The notes below the pieces were generated by a model. The model worked only from the letters and a program-made list of their open reading frames with translations, was not told the DNA's origin and ran no database searches. From positions 1 to 36,759 of the IMG/VR virus record IMGVR_UViG_3300020707_000012: a stretch of 36,759 bases of DNA. The stretch is one strand, 5' to 3'. A program made the translations under genes and the position numbers. Positions 8,070-16,304 of the stretch are shown here, piece by piece. This DNA comes from a virus (Duplodnaviria > Caudoviricetes). The first letter of the stretch is position 1. The number at the start of each line of letters is the position of its first letter.

Positions 8070-8618
8070 ATGTCAAAATTTGTAACTGGCAAAGGCCGTT
8101 TTTCTTTCCTCAATTGGGCCAGTCCCAAGATCAATGAATTGTCTGGAAAAGAAGAATTTTCCACTGAATTCATCATACCCAAAGGTGACACACAAACCAT
8201 TGCTGTCCTCAAAACTGCAATGAAAGGTGCACTTGATAAAAAATGGAATGGTAAATATCCAGCCAATCTGCGCAATCCTTTGCGTGATGGAGACACTGAA
8301 ACAAAGCAAGATGGCACACCATTGCCTGATCAGTACAAAGGCAGTTATTTCATTCGATGCAAGTCCAATGAAAAGCCTGGTGTCATCGATGCCGAGGGCC
8401 AGCCCATCCTGGCTGCCAATGATTTTGTCTCTGGTGACTGGGGCCGTGTATCTGTGACTGCTTATGCATATTCCCAAGCTGGGAACAATGGTGTAGCATT
8501 TTGGCTGAACAACATCCAGCTGCTCGAGAAAGGTGATGCACTAGGGTCAAAAGCCTCGGCAGTGGATGATTTTGGAGTGGCCAAAACCGCTTTCCAAGAT
8601 TCTAATATTCCTTTCTAA
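8070..8618 (+). CDS. DUF2815 single-stranded DNA-binding protein
   Basis: RFSFLN, NPLRDGD, GNNGVAFWLNNIQLL, DDF and C-terminal IPF; GGAG SD. Confidence 0.88.
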   Translation: MSKFVTGKGRFSFLNWASPKINELSGKEEFSTEFIIPKGDTQTIAVLKTAMKGALDKKWNGKYPANLRNPLRDGDTETKQDGTPLPDQYKGSYFIRCKSNEKPGVIDAEGQPILAANDFVSGDWGRVSVTAYAYSQAGNNGVAFWLNNIQLLEKGDALGSKASAVDDFGVAKTAFQDSNIPF

Positions 8619-8624
8619 ACCAAT

Positions 8625-8819
8625 ATGTATCAATATCTGCTGAATCAATTTGGTGTTCGTTTAACTCTCGATGAAGTGGCTGGAGTGCTGAAAGTGCCAA
8701 TTGGTACGATCTATAACAAACGCTCAAAAAATGAGCTGAGTTTTCGCACATACAAAGATGGACTCAGAGTGTTTGTGGACACCAAAGATTTGGCAGATTA
8801 CTTGGACAAAACAAAATGA
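8625..8819 (+). CDS. Xis/MerR-like helix-turn-helix DNA-binding protein
   Basis: LTLDEVAGVLKVPIGTIYN...DLADYLD. Confidence 0.8.
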   Translation: MYQYLLNQFGVRLTLDEVAGVLKVPIGTIYNKRSKNELSFRTYKDGLRVFVDTKDLADYLDKTK

Positions 8820-8986
8820 AATTCCCAAATATAAAACAATACACACCAGCTGATAAAACCGATGTAATGACCACATGGAAACGATTCGGTTTTATCCCTC
8901 CAAGTGAAGATGCCAATTACCAGCGCAAATGGACACTGTATAAGTATTCAATCAACGCTGCTGATTACAATATCAAAAATGTTTGA
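8816..8986 (+). CDS. Small hypothetical protein (56 aa, MKFPNIKQYTPADKTDVMTTWKRFGFIPPSE...)
   Basis: Translated by hand; ATGA overlap with the HTH gene. Confidence 0.65.
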   Translation: MKFPNIKQYTPADKTDVMTTWKRFGFIPPSEDANYQRKWTLYKYSINAADYNIKNV

Positions 8987-9095
8987 TTGGTTTAATATTT
9001 TTATGTGGGCAATCGTTCTCGGCTTGCTGAGTTTGATTGCTTTCATTTTCAGCACCATTGGATTGATGGTTTATTTATATCTGAAAGAGCATTAG
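8979..9095 (+). CDS. Small membrane protein (MFDWFNIFMWAIVLG...)
   Basis: Hydrophobic helix; start overlaps the previous stop; converges on the endolysin. Confidence 0.55.
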   Translation: MFDWFNIFMWAIVLGLLSLIAFIFSTIGLMVYLYLKEH

Positions 9096-9691
9096 GCTCC
9101 ACAGATTCTTTCGCATTGGTGCATCACTGCAATGCGCTGTTCTGCACCAAACAATCCCCCATTGATGATTTCTGTGAGTTTGTTGTAATTTTTGGCCTGT
9201 GCAGCCTCATTGCACTTATGCGTTTTCCAATACCAGCCACCAATTTGTGCAGCATATTTGGGTGTGCGTGCCAGGTCAGGATTGTGTACCAAATCGATGC
9301 CCAATGCTTGGCCAGCATGGTAAAAATTATCGTGTCCAGTCAATTGACAAATTGCTGATCCTCTGAACCTCCAGCCATCTCCTGATGCCTCATCTCGATT
9401 ACCCATACGATTTGAGTAAATGTGATTGGCAATTTTTTCTGGCTGATGGGCATACTTTAAAGCCTCATCCATTGATGGAAACCGCTTTGGCCACAATTTC
9501 ATCAGCGTCTCTGGCCGATAATTTAAATTCTCACTCAAATCTTTAAAGTGATTTGACTCATATGAGAATTGGCCAATGAAACACGCCTGTTCTTCAATCG
9601 TTGAAATGTCCCATCGATCAAATGTGTCATTGAGTGGAATCGTCCAAACTGAATCGATCTTCAGCTCGATCAGCTGCTCTGATGTGATCAT
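9092..9691 (-). CDS. Endolysin, glycoside hydrolase family 19
   Basis: FIGQFSYES, ENLNY, YSNRMGN..GDGWRFRG...QLTGHDN, INGG. Confidence 0.9.
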   Translation of the reverse strand: MITSEQLIELKIDSVWTIPLNDTFDRWDISTIEEQACFIGQFSYESNHFKDLSENLNYRPETLMKLWPKRFPSMDEALKYAHQPEKIANHIYSNRMGNRDEASGDGWRFRGSAICQLTGHDNFYHAGQALGIDLVHNPDLARTPKYAAQIGGWYWKTHKCNEAAQAKNYNKLTEIINGGLFGAEQRIAVMHQCERICGA

Positions 9692-10275
9692 TTCACGCCC
9701 CCATTGACTGTTTGCATCACTTGGTTATAGGTGGCAATGCAACTGTTGAGCTGGATGATTGCATTGTCTCCATCTGCTGCGATTTGGACAATATCTTTAA
9801 GAGCCTGTCTTGTAGACTCGGCTCCATTGGTTGTATTTCCGCTGGCAATGGTGGCATCTGAATTGGCTTGTAAGGCACAACTGGTGGGGAGCTGCAGCCG
9901 ACCAGCATCGATGTCAGCATCAATGCTGCTTTGCTTAGATTTGTTTTCATCTTTTGATTTCCTGAGTGCTGCGCCAGTTTGCGTCAGCTTTTTGTTCAAC
10001 TCGGATTCTTTGGCTCTTGCTTCTTGATTAAGCCTGTCAATTTCGACTTGATCTTCAGCCATGCGTCTTTGATAACCATGATGATCGCTGACATAATAAC
10101 CCCCTGTAATGACCAAAAAAATTCCAAGCACTTTTAATATAAGTGCATGGGCCTTCAACATTGGTAGAAACCCCACCAAATATGAAAGAGTGTATGCAAT
10201 CACTCCACCGATCAGTGCAATGATTGCAATGTAATAAAACAAATCATCAAAAAACCATGAAAGCCAACTAAACAT
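9688..10275 (-). CDS. Rz: Rz-like inner-membrane spanin
   Basis: N-terminal TM segments, coiled coil, GRLQL and AADGDNAIIQLNSC C-terminus; contains a nested lipoprotein gene. Confidence 0.72.
   Translation of the reverse strand: MFSWLSWFFDDLFYYIAIIALIGGVIAYTLSYLVGFLPMLKAHALILKVLGIFLVITGGYYVSDHHGYQRRMAEDQVEIDRLNQEARAKESELNKKLTQTGAALRKSKDENKSKQSSIDADIDAGRLQLPTSCALQANSDATIASGNTTNGAESTRQALKDIVQIAADGDNAIIQLNSCIATYNQVMQTVNGGVK
9717..9950 (-). CDS. Rz1: Rz1-like outer-membrane lipoprotein spanin (nested)
   Basis: Lipobox LVG-C after a short signal peptide, Pro-rich mature part, fully embedded in Rz in another frame. Confidence 0.7.
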   Translation of the reverse strand: MKTNLSKAALMLTSMLVGCSSPPVVPYKPIQMPPLPAEIQPMEPSLQDRLLKILSKSQQMETMQSSSSTVALPPITK

Positions 10276-10732
10276 TTTTTGTGCTTTCTCGAGCCTGGGC
10301 AGTCCTCAAACGTTCCTCTTGGTCTTCCAATGTTGGTGGCCCAGCTGGTGGTGGTGGTGCAGTCCAATTGGTTGATGGGGCCATCATAACCACTGGTGGT
10401 GGAGGAGGAGCCACATATGCAGCAGTATTGCCTTTGGCTGCATTCATCATGTTGGTGGCCTCATTGCTGATGCCTTTGGTCATAATACCGCCAATGCCCC
10501 CCACAATCAAAAGCACGATGTCATTGAGCATTTTGGTGAATGCCTGGTCAATTGGGGCCATGGCTTTGATTGGCTGGCTCACAAACATCACGCTATAAAT
10601 CAGCGTGACCACAATAAAAAACAAAATCAAAGTCACAACAATGACTACAAATGCCCTGACTCTGACATCGATGTCATCTGCACTGAGTCTGTCCTTGGGA
10701 CTGTTGAGTAATGCCAGCAGTATTTCCTTCAA
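10268..10732 (-). CDS. Two-TM membrane protein, holin candidate
   Basis: Two hydrophobic helices and a Pro-rich tail, within the lysis cassette. Confidence 0.55.
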   Translation of the reverse strand: MKEILLALLNSPKDRLSADDIDVRVRAFVVIVVTLILFFIVVTLIYSVMFVSQPIKAMAPIDQAFTKMLNDIVLLIVGGIGGIMTKGISNEATNMMNAAKGNTAAYVAPPPPPVVMMAPSTNWTAPPPPAGPPTLEDQEERLRTAQARESTKNV

Positions 10733-10904
10733 TTTTCTTCTCCAATATTGGGGCCACTAAATAATCTGGACAATCTTGATCAAACTCACATCTTGGCCTT
10801 TGACAAACATCCTTGCTGAAGTTTTCAGGGTCTTGGCAAAAATACCGATATTGATCATGGCAGCCAGCCAACAACATCAAAACAATCAAAATCAGATATT
10901 TCAT
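10674..10904 (-). CDS. Cys-rich lipoprotein
   Basis: MKYLILIVLMLLAG-C lipobox; YRYFCQDPEN..C..P.C....CP. Confidence 0.75.
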   Translation of the reverse strand: MKYLILIVLMLLAGCHDQYRYFCQDPENFSKDVCQRPRCEFDQDCPDYLVAPILEKKIEGNTAGITQQSQGQTQCR

Positions 10905-11143
10905 TTTCCCTCAATTCTGGTCAAAGCCTTATCAACTCGAATTTCCATTTTTCTGACATCGGTATACATCCACGCCAGCAATGGCAAAAAAAGCAAAATC
11001 ACGATGAGCAAAATCACAATCAATATTAAAGCTGGTGTGTCAGACTTAGAATCATTCCCCACATCCACAGAATCATTAGAACTGTAATTGCTGAAACCAC
11101 CATTCGATTTTTGATTAAATCCGCTTTTTGGTTTCGTTGCCAT
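10901..11143 (-). CDS. Single-TM membrane protein
   Basis: Long Leu/Ile helix; start uncertain because it overlaps the upstream gene. Confidence 0.6.
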   Translation of the reverse strand: MATKPKSGFNQKSNGGFSNYSSNDSVDVGNDSKSDTPALILIVILLIVILLFLPLLAWMYTDVRKMEIRVDKALTRIEGK

Positions 11144-11736
11144 TGTGCTTTCCTCTTTGCCAACAACTCCTCTCGTCTTGCAAGTGCTTGGACATTCGCA
11201 ATGTGCCCAATTTGTTCATTGACCCTTGAATACAAATCTTTCAACTCACTTGGCACATGATAGACCATGTAATTTGAAAGCTCAGAATTCAATTTTTCCA
11301 TTTGTAAATCAGCAATGACCAACTTGATGGCAATTTCGTTGCCTTCCTCGTTGGTGGCGTGCAATGCCAGCTCCTCTTGTTCTTTTTTATAGTTTTTTAG
11401 GCCATTGTAGGCTTGAAAGAATTTGATCAATGCATCACTCACTTGCTGGTAAATGAGATTTTCATCAAATTCTGGCGGTGGTTCTTTCTTCTTTTTAACC
11501 TTCTTGGCGGGTTGAGCAACTTGTGGTTGCTCTTCCTCTTTCTTGCCAAATACGGCGCTCAAGAACCCAAGAAGACCTTTGGCTTTCTTTTGTACTGTCT
11601 TAACATCTTTGACAACTCCATCAACTTCCTTGGCAATGTCAGTAACAATTTGCCGTCCTTCTTTGTACATCTCACAAGCATCTTTGCAGAGTTTAAAAGC
11701 TCCACTTGCAAGTGCGACAAGGGTAAATGGATCAAT
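11026..11736 (-). CDS. Coiled-coil protein with C-terminal TM anchor (probable ATT start)
   Basis: The frame is open upstream of ATG 11670 to ATT-GAT-CCA (xDPFTLVALA), 2 nt after the previous stop. Confidence 0.65.
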   Translation of the reverse strand: MDPFTLVALASGAFKLCKDACEMYKEGRQIVTDIAKEVDGVVKDVKTVQKKAKGLLGFLSAVFGKKEEEQPQVAQPAKKVKKKKEPPPEFDENLIYQQVSDALIKFFQAYNGLKNYKKEQEELALHATNEEGNEIAIKLVIADLQMEKLNSELSNYMVYHVPSELKDLYSRVNEQIGHIANVQALARREELLAKRKAQWQRNQKADLIKNRMVVSAITVLMILWMWGMILSLTHQL

Positions 11737-11738
11737 TT

Positions 11739-11936
11739 TTAGAACCCAAACAATTTATGGAAAAAGGTGGCTGCCACGCCTGGCCCAAGTAACACCAAAG
11801 CCATCACTGTATAAAGCAAATACTCAATCTTGGTCATTCTCTTTTCACCAGCCGTCAAATGCTCTTGGATGATTCTGTATCTCTCAGCACATACTGCCTC
11901 ATGCACTGCCAGTCTTTTGTCGGTTTCAGCGTCCAT
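11739..11936 (-). CDS. Small coiled-coil + TM protein (first lysis-cassette gene)
   Basis: HEAVCAERY..G.KRM.KIE followed by a hydrophobic helix. Confidence 0.7.
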   Translation of the reverse strand: MDAETDKRLAVHEAVCAERYRIIQEHLTAGEKRMTKIEYLLYTVMALVLLGPGVAATFFHKLFGF

Positions 11937-11962
11937 TGTCCACCCTTAAATGATGGCCAATT

Positions 11963-12400
11963 TTAAAACAATTCCAATGCCTTGACCACCTCATCAGGAT
12001 CGACAAATGCATCATGTTTGTATTCTTGATCTTCCCACCACAAAAACTGGTCTTTGACCAGATAATCCCGACTTTTAATCAAATTGACATTCTCTGGATG
12101 GCCAAAGATCAATGGGTCCGATACTGACCAAAGCACAATGCCAGGCTTTTTCTCGATGTATCCCAAATGCTGAAAGAATGAATCGCATGAAATCCATGTT
12201 CGACATTGCTGCAGCAGCTGCTTTAACTCAGACAATGGCAAATCTGGTCTGAAATCTGGCCATATTTGCTTTTCACCACTGACCCCAATTTGTATCACTT
12301 TTTCTTTAATTTCCATCAATAAAACTGACCAATATGGGTAATTTTTAGGGTTTTCCCGACCATTCATCAGCTTTTTTGAGTATGGAGAAACAATGATCAT
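11963..12400 (-). CDS. GT9 (heptosyltransferase-like) C-terminal-domain protein
   Basis: KNYPYW, VIQIGVSGE, WISCDSFFQHL, GIVLW...FGHPEN. Confidence 0.75.
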   Translation of the reverse strand: MIIVSPYSKKLMNGRENPKNYPYWSVLLMEIKEKVIQIGVSGEKQIWPDFRPDLPLSELKQLLQQCRTWISCDSFFQHLGYIEKKPGIVLWSVSDPLIFGHPENVNLIKSRDYLVKDQFLWWEDQEYKHDAFVDPDEVVKALELF

Positions 12401-13371
12401 AAGTACATCTTTCTGAATGCCTCATTGAGTGAGCCTGTCCACTTCCATTGAGCCATTTTCAAATATATGTTCCACTGGTCAATGTCCCCAAACAATGCTT
12501 TGGCTGCAGCAATCGATTCGCCAGCAATAATTTCTGGATAGCAAGTAAACACAATTGGGTTTTTGATATAAGGCAATATTTCAGAAAATACCAAATGATC
12601 CCCCATTCCACAATTCAATATAACAATTGTGTTATTTTTAAACTTTTGAAAGTTTTGAAATATTTGCTCATCATGCGCATACATTGATTGATCAGTCTCT
12701 GACCTGATGCCACCATTTGGATTTTTTAAATGCCAAGTGACCGCATTGGGCACCACATAAAGATCATATCCTTTTTGATGTAAAGCATTGCTAAACAATG
12801 TTTCTTCCCTGTGGGCCACTTTTGAAAGCCCCAAATGATAATCCACAATGCCAGCTCGATATAAAAATGAGCAATGCAAATGCTCGACCTTTTTGCGTTT
12901 GTGAATATATTTCCATTGGATGTTTGGCTCTGCATCGATGTTGGCCATGGTGGCCGTTGGAAATGATTCCTCAAACTGCAATGGTGGTGTCAATATCGAT
13001 CCACCAACTGCGCCCAAATTGGGATCATGCAACGTCCAGCTGAACAATTCATGCAGCACATTGGCCTCTGGAATGGCATCATCATCCATGCGCCAAACCC
13101 ATTTGTATCCCATGGTGTTGGCCGCCTGGTGGTTGTGGTGCGTGCCCTTTTTAGCAGCAAACCTCCATTCCCATTCGATGCCTTTGATGTCCATCATTTG
13201 AAACAGATTTTTATAAATCAGCTCATTTCTGACATCCCTTGGATTTTCATTGTCATCAAAAATGACCACTTTGTCTGGCCGTTTGGTCTGATTGATGATG
13301 GCAGCCAAAGACAATGGCAGCGTTGTGTCATATCGGCCTCGAGTGCCAATGCTGCATAAAACCTTATCCAC
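12397..13371 (-). CDS. GT2 (GT-A) glycosyltransferase with a C-terminal GT9-like N-domain
   Basis: SIGTRGR, VVIFDD, WRMDDD (DxD), HREET, TWH; tail contains GMGDHLVF. Confidence 0.82.
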   Translation of the reverse strand: MDKVLCSIGTRGRYDTTLPLSLAAIINQTKRPDKVVIFDDNENPRDVRNELIYKNLFQMMDIKGIEWEWRFAAKKGTHHNHQAANTMGYKWVWRMDDDAIPEANVLHELFSWTLHDPNLGAVGGSILTPPLQFEESFPTATMANIDAEPNIQWKYIHKRKKVEHLHCSFLYRAGIVDYHLGLSKVAHREETLFSNALHQKGYDLYVVPNAVTWHLKNPNGGIRSETDQSMYAHDEQIFQNFQKFKNNTIVILNCGMGDHLVFSEILPYIKNPIVFTCYPEIIAGESIAAAKALFGDIDQWNIYLKMAQWKWTGSLNEAFRKMYL

Positions 13372-14017
13372 GATCCCACCTCAGAATCATCAAATTGAAT
13401 CGATTGTGTTCAGTCAATGATCTTGGCTCTGATGTGATGGCTCCATGCTCGCTGATGTATTCCACATCAAAATCAAAGAAATTGGTTTCATTAAGGCCAT
13501 GCAATTTGTGGTGTTCGCCCCAAAATCCTGGTGGCTCATTCCATGGCACTGTGATCAGCAATCGATTGCAATGCTTTTTTAGCTTTTCCACAATGTCCAA
13601 GCCATTGTCCAAATGCTCGATCACTTCAAAAGCAATAATGGTGTCAAACTGTGCCAGCTGAATTTCATTGATGTCTGCGCATGAAAATTTTATGGTTTCA
13701 CCCCAATGCTGATCTTGAGCCACATCGATGATGATTGGGTCATAATCCAATCCCAAATATTCAATGTCATTGGGTAGAAATTGAGTGCCAAATCCAGTGC
13801 TGCAGCCAATTTCCAAAATCTTTTTGCCACGCAGATTTCGATTGGCCCACATATATCGTGTTGCTTCTCGAGGATAAACTGGATCGCCTTTCAGGAAAAC
13901 TGCACGTTCATAATTGTTTGTGAGTTTCCATCTGTAATATTCTGGATTGTGCTGCTTGGCAAAATTCAGCTCATTGATCAAGAGCATTTGCTCCCATGTT
14001 TTATTTTGTATTGTCAT
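13364..14017 (-). CDS. Class I SAM-dependent methyltransferase
   Basis: ILEIGCSTGFG, GLDYD, FDTIIAFEVIEHL, LLITVP. Confidence 0.88.
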   Translation of the reverse strand: MTIQNKTWEQMLLINELNFAKQHNPEYYRWKLTNNYERAVFLKGDPVYPREATRYMWANRNLRGKKILEIGCSTGFGTQFLPNDIEYLGLDYDPIIIDVAQDQHWGETIKFSCADINEIQLAQFDTIIAFEVIEHLDNGLDIVEKLKKHCNRLLITVPWNEPPGFWGEHHKLHGLNETNFFDFDVEYISEHGAITSEPRSLTEHNRFNLMILRWDRG

Positions 14018-14048
14018 TTTGTTTTATTGTGGTGGTTGACTTTATGCC

Positions 14049-16118
14049 TTAGAAAAAAGCAAAGAAATTTGAATTTTGACCTGTGGGGGGCGCGGTAAAA
14101 ATCCAGCCCGTATTATTGCTTACATTGGTTGAATTTGCACCTGCGTACCAGCTTGCGCCACCAGTAGCCGCAGAATCTTGAATCGACAAATAGTTGACGC
14201 TAACAGTTCCACTTGATTTGGACACCGTTGCCCGTGTGCCGCTTGTTGAACTGTTGATGGTGATTAGGTTGCCAGCAGTGCCCGACAAGCTAAAGTTTGT
14301 AAATGTGTTGGTTGTGCTTGCGGGAAACGTGATCGTGGCAGGTTGAACCGTATTAGTGATGTTGGTGAATGTATTTGCGCCTTGGATGGTCAAAGCACCA
14401 GAGCCGCCTTGATTTAATGTTGGAAAAGTTGCGCCGCCTCCAGCAAAAGTTTTGGCTGATGCACTTGTCATGCTAATTGTGCCTGTGCCAACCGTAATTG
14501 TTAAGTTTGTTTTTGTTGCGGTTGTAAAAGCCGTTCCAGAACCCGTACAAGTAATTTGTCCAGAACCAAAAGTAATTGCTCTTGTGTTTGAATTGCTAGA
14601 TGAAAACAAACCCGTAGAAAAAGTATAGTTGCCAGCACCACCATTAGTTAAGTCTAGTGTTCCGTAGGTAAGTGTAGATGTTAAAGTTGTTGCATAAGTT
14701 GTAAAATTACCGTTAATTGCTACGGTTCCACCAATTGCATTGATGGTAATGCCAAACATTTGAACACCATTGCTGGTAATTGTTTGAGTCTTGTTTCTTC
14801 CGTTAAATGGAACAGGGCTTGAACCACCAATTGTGACCCCTGTACCGTTTGACCAATCACCATAAACAATAGCAAGCGAAGTGTAGGTAAAAGTCATTGC
14901 ACTTGTTCGTGCAGACATATTTACGGTTCCTACGTTCCAAACGTAATCCATTGTTAGCGTAGTAATTGCGCTGTTTTGGTCAACAATTGCCGTATCTTGA
15001 GCCAACGGAAAATTCGCAGCGGCAGGTGTGCCACCCGATGATGTAGCCCAACCTGTTGCAGACCAGTTTTGTGAACCTGCCAAGTTCCAATAAACAGTCT
15101 TTGCGCCAGTAAAAGTGATGCCGGAATTTCCACCACAGTCGCCTAACGATGTGCCTGACCATGTGCCAGCACCTGCGCCTGTAATGTCTCTAAAGTCTGC
15201 GTACGAAACCGAAACAGTTGCGGCAGTAATAGTGAATGCAGTCCCTAAAGTATTAGACTGAATAAGCATTCGGTTAGTGTAGGAACCGCCGTTTGCTGTA
15301 AATGTGCCAGTTATTGTTTGATTTGCTGAAAAGTTTACTGGCCTTACTCCAGTTCCTCCAGGTGTTGCAATTGTTAGATTTGCAAAAGTATTAGACCCAG
15401 TAATACCAATACTTGAATTATTTATTGTTGAATTAAAATTTACATTATTGTAAGTAAGCCCACCAAATGCGAATGTTATACCTGTGTTTGATAAATTTAT
15501 AGTAGATGTGCCAGCGTTAAATGTCAGGCCTGTTGTAGTGCCAAAAGACCAGCCATTTGTATTAGCAAGTGTAATTGTTGAACTTCCCAAAGAAACTGAT
15601 GTTGTACCAGTTCCAGAGTTTGTCCATACTGTACCCGTACAATTATAATTTCCTGTGCTAAATGTTCCGTTGGTAAATGTAACAGTAGTATTAGTAAGTG
15701 CACTTCCAAGCGTCCAACCACCACCAGAACCATTAAAAACAATTGGTGTACTAGTTAAACTAATACCATTGGTCGTTATGGTGTTGCCTGTGCTGGTAGA
15801 TGCAAAAGTAATTGTTCCACTATATGACCAAGTAATGCCCGATGCTGGTAGCGTAAAACTACCGTAGACAGACCATGCAGTTGTGCCAGAAAACGTGACG
15901 TTGCCCGATGCAGGGCCAGCAACAGTAACAGAACGGCATACAGTAGCGCCACCAGAAATTGTTACTGTGTAGGCAGTTGCATTAGATGCAGAGTTAAAAA
16001 TAACATCGTCAGCAGACGTAGGCGCAGAAGCACCACCCGCACCACCAGAACTGGCAGACCAGTTAGTTGTGGTCGTGCCGTCCCAAGTTCCCGAACCACC
16101 TACCCAATATCTAGCCAT
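14049..16118 (-). CDS. Thr/Gly/Ser-rich tail fibre or spike-like protein with an internal duplication
   Basis: Two copies of YW..GS..W....W..SSGG...A..P...D; beta-solenoid-like repeats. Confidence 0.7.
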   Translation of the reverse strand: MARYWVGGSGTWDGTTTTNWSASSGGAGGASAPTSADDVIFNSASNATAYTVTISGGATVCRSVTVAGPASGNVTFSGTTAWSVYGSFTLPASGITWSYSGTITFASTSTGNTITTNGISLTSTPIVFNGSGGGWTLGSALTNTTVTFTNGTFSTGNYNCTGTVWTNSGTGTTSVSLGSSTITLANTNGWSFGTTTGLTFNAGTSTINLSNTGITFAFGGLTYNNVNFNSTINNSSIGITGSNTFANLTIATPGGTGVRPVNFSANQTITGTFTANGGSYTNRMLIQSNTLGTAFTITAATVSVSYADFRDITGAGAGTWSGTSLGDCGGNSGITFTGAKTVYWNLAGSQNWSATGWATSSGGTPAAANFPLAQDTAIVDQNSAITTLTMDYVWNVGTVNMSARTSAMTFTYTSLAIVYGDWSNGTGVTIGGSSPVPFNGRNKTQTITSNGVQMFGITINAIGGTVAINGNFTTYATTLTSTLTYGTLDLTNGGAGNYTFSTGLFSSSNSNTRAITFGSGQITCTGSGTAFTTATKTNLTITVGTGTISMTSASAKTFAGGGATFPTLNQGGSGALTIQGANTFTNITNTVQPATITFPASTTNTFTNFSLSGTAGNLITINSSTSGTRATVSKSSGTVSVNYLSIQDSAATGGASWYAGANSTNVSNNTGWIFTAPPTGQNSNFFAFF

Positions 16119-16121
16119 GCT

Positions 16122-16295
16122 TTACTCCTGTGGAGCTTCAACAGGAGGAGCGGTAACAACGGCAATCCAGTTCGTCAGCCGTTGCTGTTTCATGGCCTCA
16201 ATGTCAGCGTCAGATGGTGCAGGTTGATCGTCAGGATACCAAATAGCATCGGCAAATGTGCCGTATTGCGTATCAAATGAAAAGTCGATTTTCAT
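16122..16295 (-). CDS. Small fibre-associated protein (57 aa, MKIDFSFDTQYGTFADA...)
   Basis: Translated by hand; AAGGAG SD; fills the gap between the two fibre genes. Confidence 0.75.
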   Translation of the reverse strand: MKIDFSFDTQYGTFADAIWYPDDQPAPSDADIEAMKQQRLTNWIAVVTAPPVEAPQE

Positions 16296-16304
16296 GTGTT
16301 CTCC

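Noticed and set aside
7967-8477. Minus-strand ORFs 7967..8317 and 8073..8477
   Set aside because: Antisense shadows of the DUF2815 SSB gene and the promoter region.
8625-8819. Excisionase implying an integrated prophage
   Set aside because: No integrase, att-like flanks or host genes; a regulatory role is more likely.
13364-14017. DNA methyltransferase
   Set aside because: No DPPY/NPPY or PC motif; the FEVIEH motif and GT neighbours point to a small-molecule or glycan methyltransferase.
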